Below, piece after piece: positions 39,356 to 52,218 of a DNA stretch of 64,000 nucleotides. The first letter of the stretch is position 1; each line of letters starts with the position of its first letter. Where the stretch lies: the NCBI RefSeq assembly GCF_036321535.1, contig NC_087437.1:16804001-16868000 (forward strand), written 5' to 3'. The position numbers were made by a program, and so were the translations under genes. The notes under the pieces are model-generated. The model was not told the DNA's origin. It saw only the letters and a list, made by a program, of their open reading frames with translations, and ran no database searches. Origin of the DNA: Camelus dromedarius. Taxonomy: Eukaryota.

Positions 39356-40627
39356 AGGCTAAACCACTTAACCACTATCCAGATGGCCTCCATTAATGGC
39401 TACAAGTGCTGTGAGGAAGGGGGTGGGTTCAGTCTTTTTCACCATTGTATTCCTAGCATTTGGCTCATGCTTAGCAACAGTAGCTCAAATATTTACTGAA
39501 TGAGTCTCAGTTCAGACTTAACTCTTTAACTTATTCCCTGATCTGCATTGAGAGCTCGAAGACAGCAAGTTAGGTCACCAAGAGGAAGAAAATGTCTTCC
39601 ACTCTGGCAGGAAATAAGCAGCCAGTGTCTGACACTGCATTTCCAGAATTAACTTTTGAGAATTTTTTTGCCCAGAGATGGAGGCTGTACCATCAACCCT
39701 GCTTCACTTCCATTAAAGCAAAGAGAGGAGGGGAAGAGTAGAAACTAAAGTTAAGTATGGAATATTTTTGCAAAAGGACAGTTGTAAATAATTCCTGATA
39801 GAATCATAAACTATAAAGTTTTCCAAATATCAAATCGGCTTAATACAAATTTAACATTCTCTACCCTCTATGAATAGTTGCCACCTACTGGGTATTCCTG
39901 CCTCAGCATATTTTTCCTTACTAGCCAGTCTTGGTACCTTTTTGATAAAAGGCCTTTATGTCCAGAAATTTCTGCACAGATGAAGCCATCATTCCCATGA
40001 AGTAAAATGTTTTGTCATCCCTGCCTAAAGCCATCCTTAGCCGTAGCCTGGAGGGCATGGAACTCAGGGGATACAAATAACCTCTGCAGGGGGCATGAGC
40101 AGAGGGAATAGGCTATGGAATTCTGCAAAGAATGGAAGGAAAACCATGAATGGGCTTTGGTTTGCTGTGTGTACACAGATGTATGTACATCTTAAATGTA
40201 CTCCTTGGAATTCACGGAAGCTATAAAGCAGTCTGAGAGGTGAGAAAGTCCCTCACTTTGCGTGGAAGCCACTTCATGAAAGCATTCATGTAAAGCTCAT
40301 ACTTTCCGGACCTCATACCCTCCCTAACCTAGCATCATCCATCATGCTCTCATTCCCATCAAGGCCCCTACGGAAGGCTTGATACAGTAGCATATTTTCA
40401 ACATACTCTTAATGTTAACCTGAGCTTTAAGGAACAAAGAGAATGTGTTTTCTCTTCCAGAGCACTGTCTCCTCCAGGGCGGCTCAGCTGTTCTCAGCTG
40501 CCATTTAGCACCTCAGGGTACTTTGGCAAGTTGGTCTTCAGTCTCTAGTTTGCCATACTGACTTCTACCCAAACATTAAAACTTCTTTAAAAAAAATCAG
40601 TAACTCACTTTTGCTTTGTTCTTTCAG

Positions 40628-40754
40628 CTCCTTTGAAGATTATGAAACAGAGGAACCTGCCTCTCCCTCTGAAATTGGAAACAAAGGCAATAAAATAGTA
40701 ACCTCAAGCCTTCCAGAGAAGAGTGGCAAGCTTCAGTCAGTGGATGAAGGATAG
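40628..40754 (+). CDS. PPP2R3A: PPP2R3A terminal coding exon G, to the TAG stop
   Basis: pyrimidine tract ...ctttcag|C TCC TTT GAA; (G)SFEDYETEEPASPSEIGNKGNKIVTSSLPEKSGKLQSVDEG* with TAG at 40752-40754; phase 2 matches exon F. Confidence 0.94.
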
Positions 40755-43035
40755 CTGCCGACGTCTACGTGAAAGGGAGATGCGTACTTTAAGTGTTTTT
40801 TTTTTTCTTGTGAAGAGATGCTCTAGTTTGCAAACTGCTTTTTAAAGACTTTGATTTCTGCAAATGTGTATCTGCAGTAGGCACTTTTAAACGTTTTTGA
40901 GCAATAGCTCTGGATACACATACTCAATTTGGGAGACTCCTCCAATTTGCCTCAAACCTCTTACAGAGCTTTTCCTCAGAAGCAAATATGGTATCTATCA
41001 CCAGTCTGTGAATCAGCACTCTTCACCCCTGAATGTACCAAGGATCTCTTGGGGACAGTGCCAAGCACAGTTCTCTGCACAAAAGCAGGAGTTGCCTCTG
41101 TTGTCCAGCATCCCTGAGGCCCATCAGGGCTCCCATGGAGCCCAGAAGAAACCTTCACTTGCAGAAAACTTGAGTCAGAAAATTCTGGAACTTGAAAAAG
41201 CAGTCAGGGCCTCCAGAACTGAATTAGCCCTGGTAATAAAAGCACTGCCAAAACATCTCAGAGACTTCTCTTAATTATATGTGTACTGGAGTTCAAAGAT
41301 CTTGAACTTACTTGGTTTAATGTAATTTCACAATGACCTGCCAAACTGCTAGTCACTTTACATCCTCAGGTATTGTAACCACTAGGCCTTCCAACCTTGC
41401 TGGCAAGCTCTAAATAATCTTTCCTCATCCTTACTATGGCTCTTATATAAAATCTGAAGAAAAACTTAATTGAAGACAAGCACAGAATTTGACTCAGACT
41501 TTGTTTCCTTTTAACTCATCTAACATTTGTAGAGACTTACTGAATGATTTATTAATCTCCAAATTAGCTGATATCCCATCTACACTTCCTATCAGGCCTA
41601 CTTGAAGACCTAAATATATATGAAAATTCCTAACTAGACATACTCCTTTTATCACTGAATCTTAGAGAAGGCTAACAGGGAAGTCCTCAATATAAACATT
41701 TTCTTTGCTTCACGTTGAAAACAAACTACTCGAAATATTGCATCGACCTCAGTATTTATCACAAAAATGGATGAGAACGGTGATGGCACCCATTTAAACA
41801 AAAAAAAAGCTATTTCATTTTTACTACAGTGGTCATTATAGAATACATTTTTCAGCAAGCCACAATCCACCAAAATCCTGCAATATCCTTGAAGATAAAA
41901 TTGAAAATAAACTATTTTAAAAAGATGGGAATTTCTGATAGTATAAGAAACCCCCAAGAAACTTTTCAATATCCACCTGTCAAAGTCATCAAGTTTTCCC
42001 CTGGATTTTTTGTTTTAACCACAAGTCCTGAATGTCAGAATAGCTCCCTTTCTATCCCACATTGGTTCCCTTGCTGGTGTGAAGGCCAAACTCTGAAATA
42101 ATCAAACCTTGGGCTACGGTAGGCAAAAAGTAGAGAAAAAGAGAATTTCGAAAATGCACCAACAACTGATAGTTACTGAGTCAGCGATCCTTCCTGTCTG
42201 CGTCCTCCCAGTTTCCTGTTACTTTACCTTCATGATCAGAACTGATCCTCCATTTAACTGTTACAGAAAGTGGTAACTATTAAACTTAGTTTCTGATAGT
42301 TCACAAAAGAATAAAAGCTTAAACATGACTACATATTTAGGAAACAATACATGCAATAACCAAAACACTGGTAAATCATTAGGATTAAAAGTATTTATGT
42401 GGTACATGAAATCTATCCCATCCAACCTTTACCAGGGAAGGGAAGCTATTTTTTCTTAAATTTCAGATTAAAAATACTAAAAAGGTAATTTTTTTTAGAA
42501 GCCAGATATGGTTTAAATGTTTTATTAGCCATAATGATCTAAACTATTTCTATGACTCAGCAAAATTCAATTTCTCAGTTTGTATTTTGGCTTTTTACAT
42601 GGCTTTACTTTGTTTCTCTCTACCAAAGTCCTCTCGCTTTTCACTTTGGTCAGTATTTGGATTCAAAAGTCTAATTACAAAAGTACAGCTACCAATACCA
42701 TTCCATTTAAGATAGGGCTCTTAATTTAGGTTACCCAAAGAATCAGATTTTCAGACATAAGAATGTGTTTCATTGTATTCCCTTCTTAGAACTGAATGTA
42801 AGAAATGTAAATTCTGAGGAAAGATAGCATGTAATTGACTTTCTGGTAACGATCATGCTGAATATAATCATTACTACCCAAATGGAAATTTCAAGTTGTT
42901 ACAATATCCCAGGCTCCGTGATAAAAGTTGAGGGTTATGATCTTAATGCTAGTCAAAGAAAAATTGGTTTCACAGCATAACATTAATTGCTAAGGTAATC
43001 AAACTAATAAAATTCTGTGTATTTTCCCTGCATCT
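40755..43035 (+). other. PPP2R3A: PPP2R3A 3'UTR (3' end approximate)
   Basis: Repeat-poor sequence from the stop codon to AATAAA at 43006, followed by U/GU-rich sequence. Confidence 0.65.
43006..43011 (+). terminator. Candidate PPP2R3A polyadenylation signal
   Basis: AATAAA followed by attctgtgtattttccctg...tgtcattgtgtactgtt; other AATAAA copies at 42310 and 43191. Confidence 0.6.
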
Positions 43036-44124
43036 TATCTATGTCATTGTGTACTGTTCAGACTGTTTATAAAACTCTAGATTGATCAAATGAGATAAGT
43101 CATTTGCTCGACTTTTGGAAATGTTACGGTGTGTTTGGGTGGAGAAGCCTGCATGATTTAACTATTTGTTTTTCCCTTTTTGCAAAACTAAATAAAGACA
43201 AATTGTCAAATATGAATCAGCGCTCACTAAGATAAGCACTACACACTTCTGGCTATAAGCACACTTGCAATTCATTTTTATGTTTGAAAGAGTAGCACTG
43301 TAAACAAGCTTGAGTTTCAAAGAGAGTAACTCTTTGAACCCCCAACAAGACTTTATAAAGAAAGATCTGGAAGAATAACACCTCATACTGAGCAGTGATT
43401 TCCTCTGAGGATGGGAATTTGGGGATTTGGGTTTGGGAATGAGAGGTTCACAGGGATCAAAGGAGACTTTAGCCTTATGAATAATATATTCTTTTAAAAG
43501 AATGTGTATTTGCTATTTGGGTATCTAAAACTTAATTTTTAAAAAAGGAGACAAAATACCACCCATGCATTAGATTCTAATACTGTACTTCGAACTTAAT
43601 ATTTTCTAAAGCATTTTATATTTGTTTTCTACAATATGGGAAAGGAAATTTTATTTTTCATCTGTTGTAAAATTTTAGCTTTTCTTCAGCAAGGCCTCCA
43701 TAGAGTTGTCTTAAGAAAACTAAGAGCACAGTCAAGGAACTCTTTATCCTAGGACCGTATCAGACCTCTGCTTGGAGGTACAGACCTACGGAAAATCAAA
43801 AAGATACACTGTCAGCTCTAAAACTTCTGTCACCTAAGGTGATGATCATTGGATCATTTATGTTCATTAGAAGGACTCAAAAGAACAAGTTAAATGCTGT
43901 TATTGCTTTGGTGGTTTCAAATCCTGCTGAAGTAAACCCAGTTACTTCAGTAATAATTTTTCAGTCATCCTTTGTTAGCCACTGGTCAGCATTCCTAAAA
44001 TAACTCATGGTATAAAGACAGACAATGTAGAAATCAAGGCACTGTAATTAATTACTCTTCCCCAAATGTATATAATATAGGCCATTCAGAGCATGCTATC
44101 CCGAACTCCTCAGTATTCTACAAC

Positions 44125-46432
44125 ATAGAATTAGAAAACTAACATTTATTGATAGATTTAAGGTGTAATACAGGTTTCCAAAAGTGTGGCAGTGAGAATA
44201 CCAGCATAAAAAAGAGAAACTTGTGCTAAAAACAACCTGAATTCACCATTGGCAATATTACATAACAATCAAGGCCCTCACATACTAATGATTTCCACTT
44301 TGTCTATATTGCCAACCTCCCATGCATCAAAAAAACACAAAACTAACATTATCAAACTTGGGAAGCAATAAAGTACTTTCGGAATTTTAAGATCATAATA
44401 TTAGGAGAGTTTGGGAGATTTGCAAAATATACCCTAATCATCCATGTGTACAATCTCATTTCTAGTCATTTTTGCAGTGATCATTAGTAAATAAAGAACA
44501 GATTTACAAGATTATAGCAGGGCATCTGAGTTCAACACAAAACTGTTACAAACTTTAGGCGAATACATGTTTCATAAGACACTGCTAACACTTAGAGGAA
44601 TTAAATAAAATTCCAAAACTTGGAAAGCAAATAAAGACAAGACAACTAAGAAGCATTTTCCACCATTTACTCTTGTTATCAAAAATAGTTCAACTCTTCT
44701 TGCAAAACAAAAACAAAATAGTACATACTGGACACATACATCACATTTTTCTTCCTATGGCTTTAGCCCACCCCCACCCCACCAAGAGAGACCAAAAAAA
44801 AAAAAAAAAAAAAAAAAAAAAGCCCAACAACAACAACGAAAACAACTCTACCTGACCACATTCACAGAAAATGACACCAAGATACACTACAAAACAGAAG
44901 GAGGTGTCATCTGCTCTGTGTCGAAAGGTTTCTTCTCCATGTCTTGTACTAGGTGAGTAACCATCATTGAACATGCTGTGTGCCAAATCAAAACAACTTC
45001 AACATATGTCAGATCTCAGGAGAGATGGTGAACGTAGTAGAAACTGAAATTTTTCCAGCAGTATTTTTTTCTTTAAATAAGCACTGTCAAAGCAGCAACT
45101 CTTCTTTTAAATCATAAGGTCATTTCTTTACAACAACCTAGTCAGTCCTTGTTTTATCTGGGCTGTGCTCTTTCAAGCAACTGACTAGATTTCCCTTCAA
45201 CAGAATGTTTGTGACTCACTTGTCTTCCCCATAAAAATTACAGGGAAGAAGTGCATTTAAAATGAAACGGTTTTGTGCTTTACATGCAAAAGAGTATTCT
45301 AAAGAAAATCCTCCTAGCCTCAAACCTACTTAAATGCACAGGCTTCATAAAAGGCATTTTTATTAGACCTCCATAAAGAAGCCTCCACAACAAATAGCAC
45401 CCTAAAAAAAAAGAAAAGAAAAAAGAGCATATTCAAAATAAAATCTGTGGCAAACCATTAGAGGAAACAAAAAATCAAAGAAGTGGCCAATAGCAATAGG
45501 TATAATGCATAAATCTGGATAAGTTTTGGAGCATCATTCCAAAATTTTAAATAAATCCCAATTTCTAAGTAAAACATTTTTTATAATTTTTAAAAAATTC
45601 TGTCATATACTATAGTCTAAATTCAATTATCTTCAGAATAAAACTGCTCTTCTCCACTTCATTTATCAATTAGAACATTGCTCAAAGTGATGGAAGCATT
45701 TAGTTTTTTTTTTCCTAGAAAGGAGTCAGACTTAACTAAAAATGGGCATCAACTCAGAAGTTCTGCGGCATAAACAGCTAAACATCTGCAGTCTGACAGA
45801 ATTTCAGTTTGTTCACTTTTTAAAAGACAGATTTCTTCAACATTCTAATGAGGGGCAAATTTTCTTTCATAATACTGCTGATTTAAGAACTGCTACATAC
45901 ACCAGTAGCCAATTTTCATGATCAGAAATGGTATTATGTCACCACAAAGGTTGAGCTGGACCCATGAGCTTTTCAACAGGAGAAACATCAGTGGCAATGT
46001 GAAGGTAGCACTGAGGCTCCTGAACAAACTAATGGCTACTTTTTCAGAAAATACGAGCACAATCTTTATGGCATGACTAGATACCACTTCCTTACATTTA
46101 ATCATAAACTTTGATTATGCACAAAGCATGACCATAAACAATGAGGTTAATGTTATTCTCCTTGCCAAAGTTCATTTTGTATAAATCAGTTGCATCAGCA
46201 TTTGTTCTCAAACTATGAGGTTCTGTAAGAACTAAGGACATATAGTTGTAGGGTTACTCCTCCATTATCTGCAAACTATTTCCCCGACACTAACACATAT
46301 AACTTAGCAATGAAAACACTTGATACAAGTGATCTATATGCAGGAGCTCCGGCAAGTTAAACCAACAAAACCATAGCTGCCGTAAAACTGTAGCTATTTC
46401 CCTACCAGAGGTAGGTTTAAAGACCCACTGAT
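44125..46432 (-). other. MSL2: MSL2 3'UTR (~2.3 kb, end approximate)
   Basis: Repeat-free, U-rich on the minus strand, from the stop codon to AATAAA (plus-strand TTTATT at 44145-44150). Confidence 0.7.
44145..44150 (-). terminator. Candidate MSL2 polyadenylation signal
   Basis: Minus strand reads AATAAAtgttagttttctaattctatgttg. Confidence 0.65.
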
Positions 46433-48024
46433 TTAACAGTCGAATCTCATGTCTATAGCTTCATCCAAACTTTTATCATCATGTGTACTGGCAGCTAAAA
46501 ACGTCGTTACTGGGGACCCTGTGACATTAATTACACTGGTGCTGGTACTAGCATTGCGCACAGCGATGCTAGTCACATTAATGCCCAAAGTGAGCCTGGT
46601 CTGCTCCAAGGCCTTTTCTGGCACGGCAAATGCCTCCAGCTTCTTCTCCCCATTGGCCATATAGGAGTTTTGGCAGCCACGACATATACAATCTAAGCAG
46701 GCTTTGCGGTTAGAGTAGCAGGGGCAGCGCTGGCCACGGCAGGTAAGAACACTTGGATTCTGAGTAGCACGCCCACATTTACACCCTTTCTTTTCCTGGG
46801 GTTTTTTATACACAGTCTTGGTAGGACTTCCTGGCATAAAATGATGACTAGGAATCTTTTCCTTTACTGTCTTGTCTTTTTTAAGAATACCTGGCTTGGT
46901 TTTAGAGTGAGATTTCTTGGATCCATGTTCATGACTCTTTTTCATGCTTTTAGTAGATAAAAGTACAGTTTTGCTGATTTTGGGTGTCGTGCCTCCATTG
47001 GGAACAGTTGCTATAGGCTGAAGAGAAATTTTGCTCTCTCGTTTCACTGTCACAGGAGCAGATGCCCCCAACGTTGGGCCTCGGATAATGGTAGAAATTG
47101 GAAGTGGCTGAACTTTCTCACTGTCACTTTCTGATCTGGATCGTTTTCTATTCAATTTTGCTACTTTCGGAGTTGCTGCTGTACATGATAACCCATGAAG
47201 TGCAGGACTGGTAGACATAAAAACGTTATGGCTAAGAGACTGGGAAGAGAGCTGCAGAAAAGGTCCATTGGATACAGTGGCCTCCAGGTTGGGCTGCAAA
47301 TTAGGACAACAAACTTCTGTATTTGAAACAGTTTCTAAGCTGCGGAGTACTTCCTCAACACTCAGTAACAGAGAGTCACCAGGTTTTATATCTTCACTGA
47401 AACTGCAGATATCAATGCCTGTGGAGCATAAGTCAGTGGCTACCGTGTCACAGACAGGTGGCAAACTGTCAGACAGATCCTCAGTTTTTATGTCAACAGT
47501 GTTACATACATCAATCGTATTTGGATGTTCAGGTGAAGGAATATTTATACCAAATCTATCTATTGAAAGCCCATTGTAAGTAGGCAAACCATTGATAACA
47601 GAACTGCCAATAGCAATGCTGAGGGTGCTTTCAGATATTGGAGATAAACTTGCTTGAGGATCAGTTGTGGATTCTGAGGTTGAAGGTAAAGGGGAATGTG
47701 TCAAACACAAAGTAAAGGATGAATCTGAGGGTTTTTCCGTCTCCTCACAAAACAATGATCCATCATTAAGCAAAGCCAGAATATCAGAAGAACAGTCGAC
47801 TGCTTCTATTATATCCCGTGCCAATGTAGTCTGTGTTATATATTCACATAGTTTTTTGTAGCAGTTCACTAGGATGCTTAACTGCTTGTTTTCCTCAAAC
47901 TGCTCATAGTCTTTACACCAGCTACATGAAGGTTTCATCATCATTTTCTTGCCTTTACAACTTTTGCAGACATAGTGTTGGCAGGTGGAGTTGGTGGGTG
48001 CAATAGGATCTTGTAGCAAATGTC
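46433..48024 (-). CDS. MSL2: MSL complex subunit 2 (E3 ligase), large terminal coding exon: distal RING finger, CXC domain and C-terminus
   Basis: Minus-strand acceptor ...ttttccctcttag|GA CAT TTG; 528-aa open frame with RING residues CQHYVCKSC...CSWC and CXC domain CKCGRATQNPSVLTCRGQRCPCYSNRKACLDCICRGCQN; ends MRFDC*. Confidence 0.98.
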
Positions 48025-49474
48025 CTAAGAGGGAAAAGAGGAGGAAAGCAAAGATTTTAGTAAAATAAATTCATAATTTCATACACTAAAGTTGAGATTA
48101 TAGGTAATCTATTAAAGTTAAGATGGGTTAAACTCACCAGACCAAATAATAGAACATGAATCTTATAGGAAACAGAAAAATACTCAGTAGCTCATTTCAC
48201 TTCCGTGCCATATTCCCTATTTCTTTATCTCAAACACAATCTTCCTCGAGTCTGTGTTTCTCTCCTAAAACAGTATGTTCTGGTCCACTTTCTTATTCTC
48301 TTCTCCAAAGGCTAAAAAGAGGTGGAGGTCAGTCATCAAAAACACAAACTAGGCCTAAAACACATGGAACCTCAACTTAACACAACATGATAATGCTGCA
48401 ACATATTGAACAAAATTGTACTGACTGTTAGACACTGGAAAAAAAAAATGACTGAGAGAGATTTAGTCCCTGTCCCCATTAAACATCAATTGAGGGCATT
48501 AATAACTCAGTACAAAGGCATCTTCACAGAAAAAAGTACAATTTCAAACCATTTACTGTATATATGTACTAATCATAAACTAAGGAAAGATCAAAATGTA
48601 GTTATGATGAAAAAGAACTATGTTCATTTATTAAAAAAGGAAATACTACTAAACTCAAATTCTTTCAGAGGAAATCAAAATATAATGACAATCAAAAAAG
48701 AATTATGTTTAAGTGTATCAAAAGAACAACAACAACAACAAAAAAAAAAAACGGCATAATACTGGACTCAAATTCTTCTGACAGAATACAAAATGACCAT
48801 GGTCATAAAACACAAGTGTCCTAATTATAGCAATACAGTGTAACAGTGAAAATGATCCCCTAACTTGACATAACTCCTAAATTATAAACGATCTATATAC
48901 ATGAAACAGAAAAGGGAAAGCAACTAGATCCACATCTACCCTTATTCCTCAGAAGCAACTGCTCCTTGGTTCTCAATGCAGAATAAATAGTAATTAACTA
49001 AGCGTAGCACCTATTTTCTCATATATATTACGTAATTTAAGACTCAGGCACGTGAGAGAAAGTACTTCTGGCTATAATGAAATCAGCAAATCCTCTCCCA
49101 ATAAAGCAACTGTAAACCTGAAAATTTTTGAAAGAGAGTCCTTTTCACAACCAAAGACACAAAACCATCCGAGAAGCATTTATGTCTAAAAAACAGAATT
49201 TCAGGTAAGGACACTGTGGGGACCTGTGGTGTTCTGCTCTGGCGCTGCTCAGTACTCCCCTACCATCCAGCTCCATCAGCGTTACCCTGGTGAGGACTAG
49301 AAGCTGCTGTGATGGAAGAGGGCTCATTCCATTTAGCACAACAGATGATGCACAAGCCGAGAAGCATTAGCATTGGAAGTGACTTCACAGAAGCTGGCCA
49401 GATGGGGAGAACAAACAGCTCAGCTCTTACTAGCTCTGACAAGCTCAGGTTAGACAGAGAGGCCTCAAACAAGA

Positions 49475-50700
49475 TGACAATTTTCCCCCACGTTGACCTA
49501 TAAATTCAATGTAATCCCTATGAGAATCTCAGGTGGCTTTTTCTAAGAAATTGACAGAATGATTCTAAAATTCATATGGAATCAGAGAGGACCTGAGATA
49601 GCCAGAACAATTCTGAAAAAGAACAAAGAAGTTGGATGGTGTACAGTACCAAATTTTAAAATCTTTAAAGTCACAGTAATCAAGACAGTGTTGCAATGGC
49701 AAAAGGATAGGTATACAAATCAGTGGAACAGACAGAAGTGTACATTTACGGTCAAGTGATCTGCTGACAAGATGGTCAGATGATTCAATAGGGGAAAAGA
49801 GGGTATTTTCACACATTGTGCAAGACAATTCAACATCCAAATGCCAAAAAATAAACTTAGATCCTTACCTCACAACATACACAAATACTCAAAATGGATC
49901 ACAGACACATAAATGTTAACTGCTAAAATTCTAGAAGAAAACTCAGCAAAAAAACCTCATAACTTTGGGTTGGGCACAGTATTAAGATGTGTTATCAAAT
50001 GCACAAAAGGGGGAAAAATTGTCAAGTGATTTCCACAAAATAAGAAACTTGTGCTTCAAAAGTCACCATTAAGAAAATTAGAAGATAATCCATAGACTGG
50101 GAAAAAGTACTTGCAAACCATGTATCTGATTAAGGGCTTATAACATGATACATGAAAAAAATTTCCTACAAATCAATGAGACAACTCAATTTAAAAACTG
50201 AACAAGAGTTGAATAAACATTTTACCAAAGAAAATATATGAATAAGCACATGAAAATATACCCAGTACTTTAACTATTAATTTATGATGCATAAAAATTA
50301 TGGATACTGTAGACACCTATTAGTATGGATAAATTCAAAAAGACAGACAATACCAAGAGCTGGCAAAGATGTGGAAAAACTATAACCCTTCCTACATTAC
50401 TGGTGAGAATGTAAAAGGGTAAAATCACATAGGGAAACAGTCTGGTAGTTTCTTTAAAAGGTAAACACATTTACCATACAAACCAGCAACTCTACTCGTA
50501 GGAGCCTACTCAAAGACAAATGAAAATACACATCTGTATAAAGAGATGTATGTGAATATGCAGAGCAGCATTACTTGTAATAGACAAAAGCTAGAAACAA
50601 TCCTAATGTCTATCAACTAGTGAATAAACAAAATGTAGTATATTCATAGGAAAGAATACTGTTAAGCTAAAAAAAAAAAAAAAAAGAAAAAGAAAAAACT
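49475..50700 (+). mobile_element. L1 ORF2 3' portion (antisense to MSL2)
   Basis: MILKFIWNQRGPEIARTILKKNK frame followed by L1 3' sequence. Confidence 0.85.
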
Positions 50701-52218
50701 AGTAATAACCACTTAAGAGATTAACTATTTCAAGTGACTCTAGAATAGAAAGTTAACTATAATCCTTGAACCCTTGTTTTGTTTTCAGATCACATTTTTG
50801 GTGATAGTGTTGAAAGTTACTATAAATTGTTGGGTGTCTAATTACGGGATAAAGCAAATATTGATACCCTCGAGAATCCGGATTTTTTTTAGTAGGAGGA
50901 AGGAAGAAAGTCATAAGATACAAAAATAACTAAAAAAAAAAAATCCTGTAGTCCTGAATTTCAATTGGATTTATCAGTATGAACTCATATGTTCATCTTC
51001 AATGTACATACTTCCTAGAACTATACACTGAAAAGGCCTGGAAACAAGGGATCAACCACAAGAGCAATGAACTCAGACAATGATACTGAAAAACAATTTC
51101 CTGTTCCAAGGAATCAGGGCTTCTTGGACAAATGGCTGATTCTAGATCTGTGCCATAAATTAGGCAAGATGAGTTCTGATTACTTTCATATGCCAGAAAG
51201 CAAGGAAACTATCAAAAATCAGGGTAGTGGTTAAGGGACTTAGAAGCAAACCTGAAGAGGTTACCAGTGACCAAAAATGAGAAAATCTGAGCATATATAA
51301 ACGCAGTGGAATAAAGTACATCTAAAATGTTCAAATCTCTAGAATTCATTTTAAAAAAAGACAAAAAATCAGTTTCATGATGCCAGTGAACCAACTCATT
51401 AGTTTGAAAACTGGTAAATAAAGAGCCAGAAGTATTTATTCTGACTTAACTACATAAGAACTAAACCACCAAATAATCAAATCATAGATGAGAAATTTCT
51501 CTTTCAGGGAACAATACAACTAATTAAGAATGACATAATTTGAATGTCATCATTTTATAACCCCTAATGATGTGCAAATTGTACAAGCTAAGTAAGGATT
51601 TACCTCATCTTGCATTCCATCACTAACCTTTTCACCAGTCATGTCAATCAAAACCATCCCTGAGCTACCAAGCACCTTAAAGGACTTAAACCCTATACAT
51701 CTTTGTATTCTTCTATGAGGTTTTAGGAGAGTATGCCTAATACTGAGAACTGAAAATAGGCTAGAAAACATATAAAAACTATCACTTATTGATTCATAAC
51801 TCCACCACCACTGAGTTCCTAAGACTAAGAACATCCATTACCTGGCCTCATGTTACCTACTGAATTGCCCAACCATTCCCCAACAGAAATGCTTGAAATT
51901 TTAACCTACCATTAAAGATGCCTATAGGCAAGCTTATTTTATACACTCAGTTAAGCATTCTAACCCTCAAAAGCTTCCCAGAGGGTTCTCTTTACACCAC
52001 ACAACAAAGGCAGCTTCAGTGTTATGAGGAACAAAGAAGAAGGTTCAAGGGCTTCTTGGAGCTAGGATAAGTGTCAGCCATATAGCTACTGTATGTCCCT
52101 AAGGAAACTCCTCCCCAGAAAATTAAGAAACAGCAGATAACACTGTTAAAATCGTAAAAATATATCTTATCCTAGAAAGTAAAATCGACTGGCAATCTGA
52201 GTCAAGAGGAAGTGTATC

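Noticed and set aside
40897..41274. 125-aa ORF in the PPP2R3A 3'UTR
   Set aside because: TTG start, no recognisable domain, lies downstream of the stop codon
46449..47861. Plus-strand ORFs antisense to MSL2
   Set aside because: Shadow frames of the coding exon with no independent support
48017..48019. TTG start codon for the 528-aa ORF
   Set aside because: It is an internal Leu; the frame begins at the splice acceptor at 48024
49145..49503. Small ORFs in a GC-richer patch of MSL2 intron 1
   Set aside because: No recognisable protein similarity or consistent exon structure; origin unresolved
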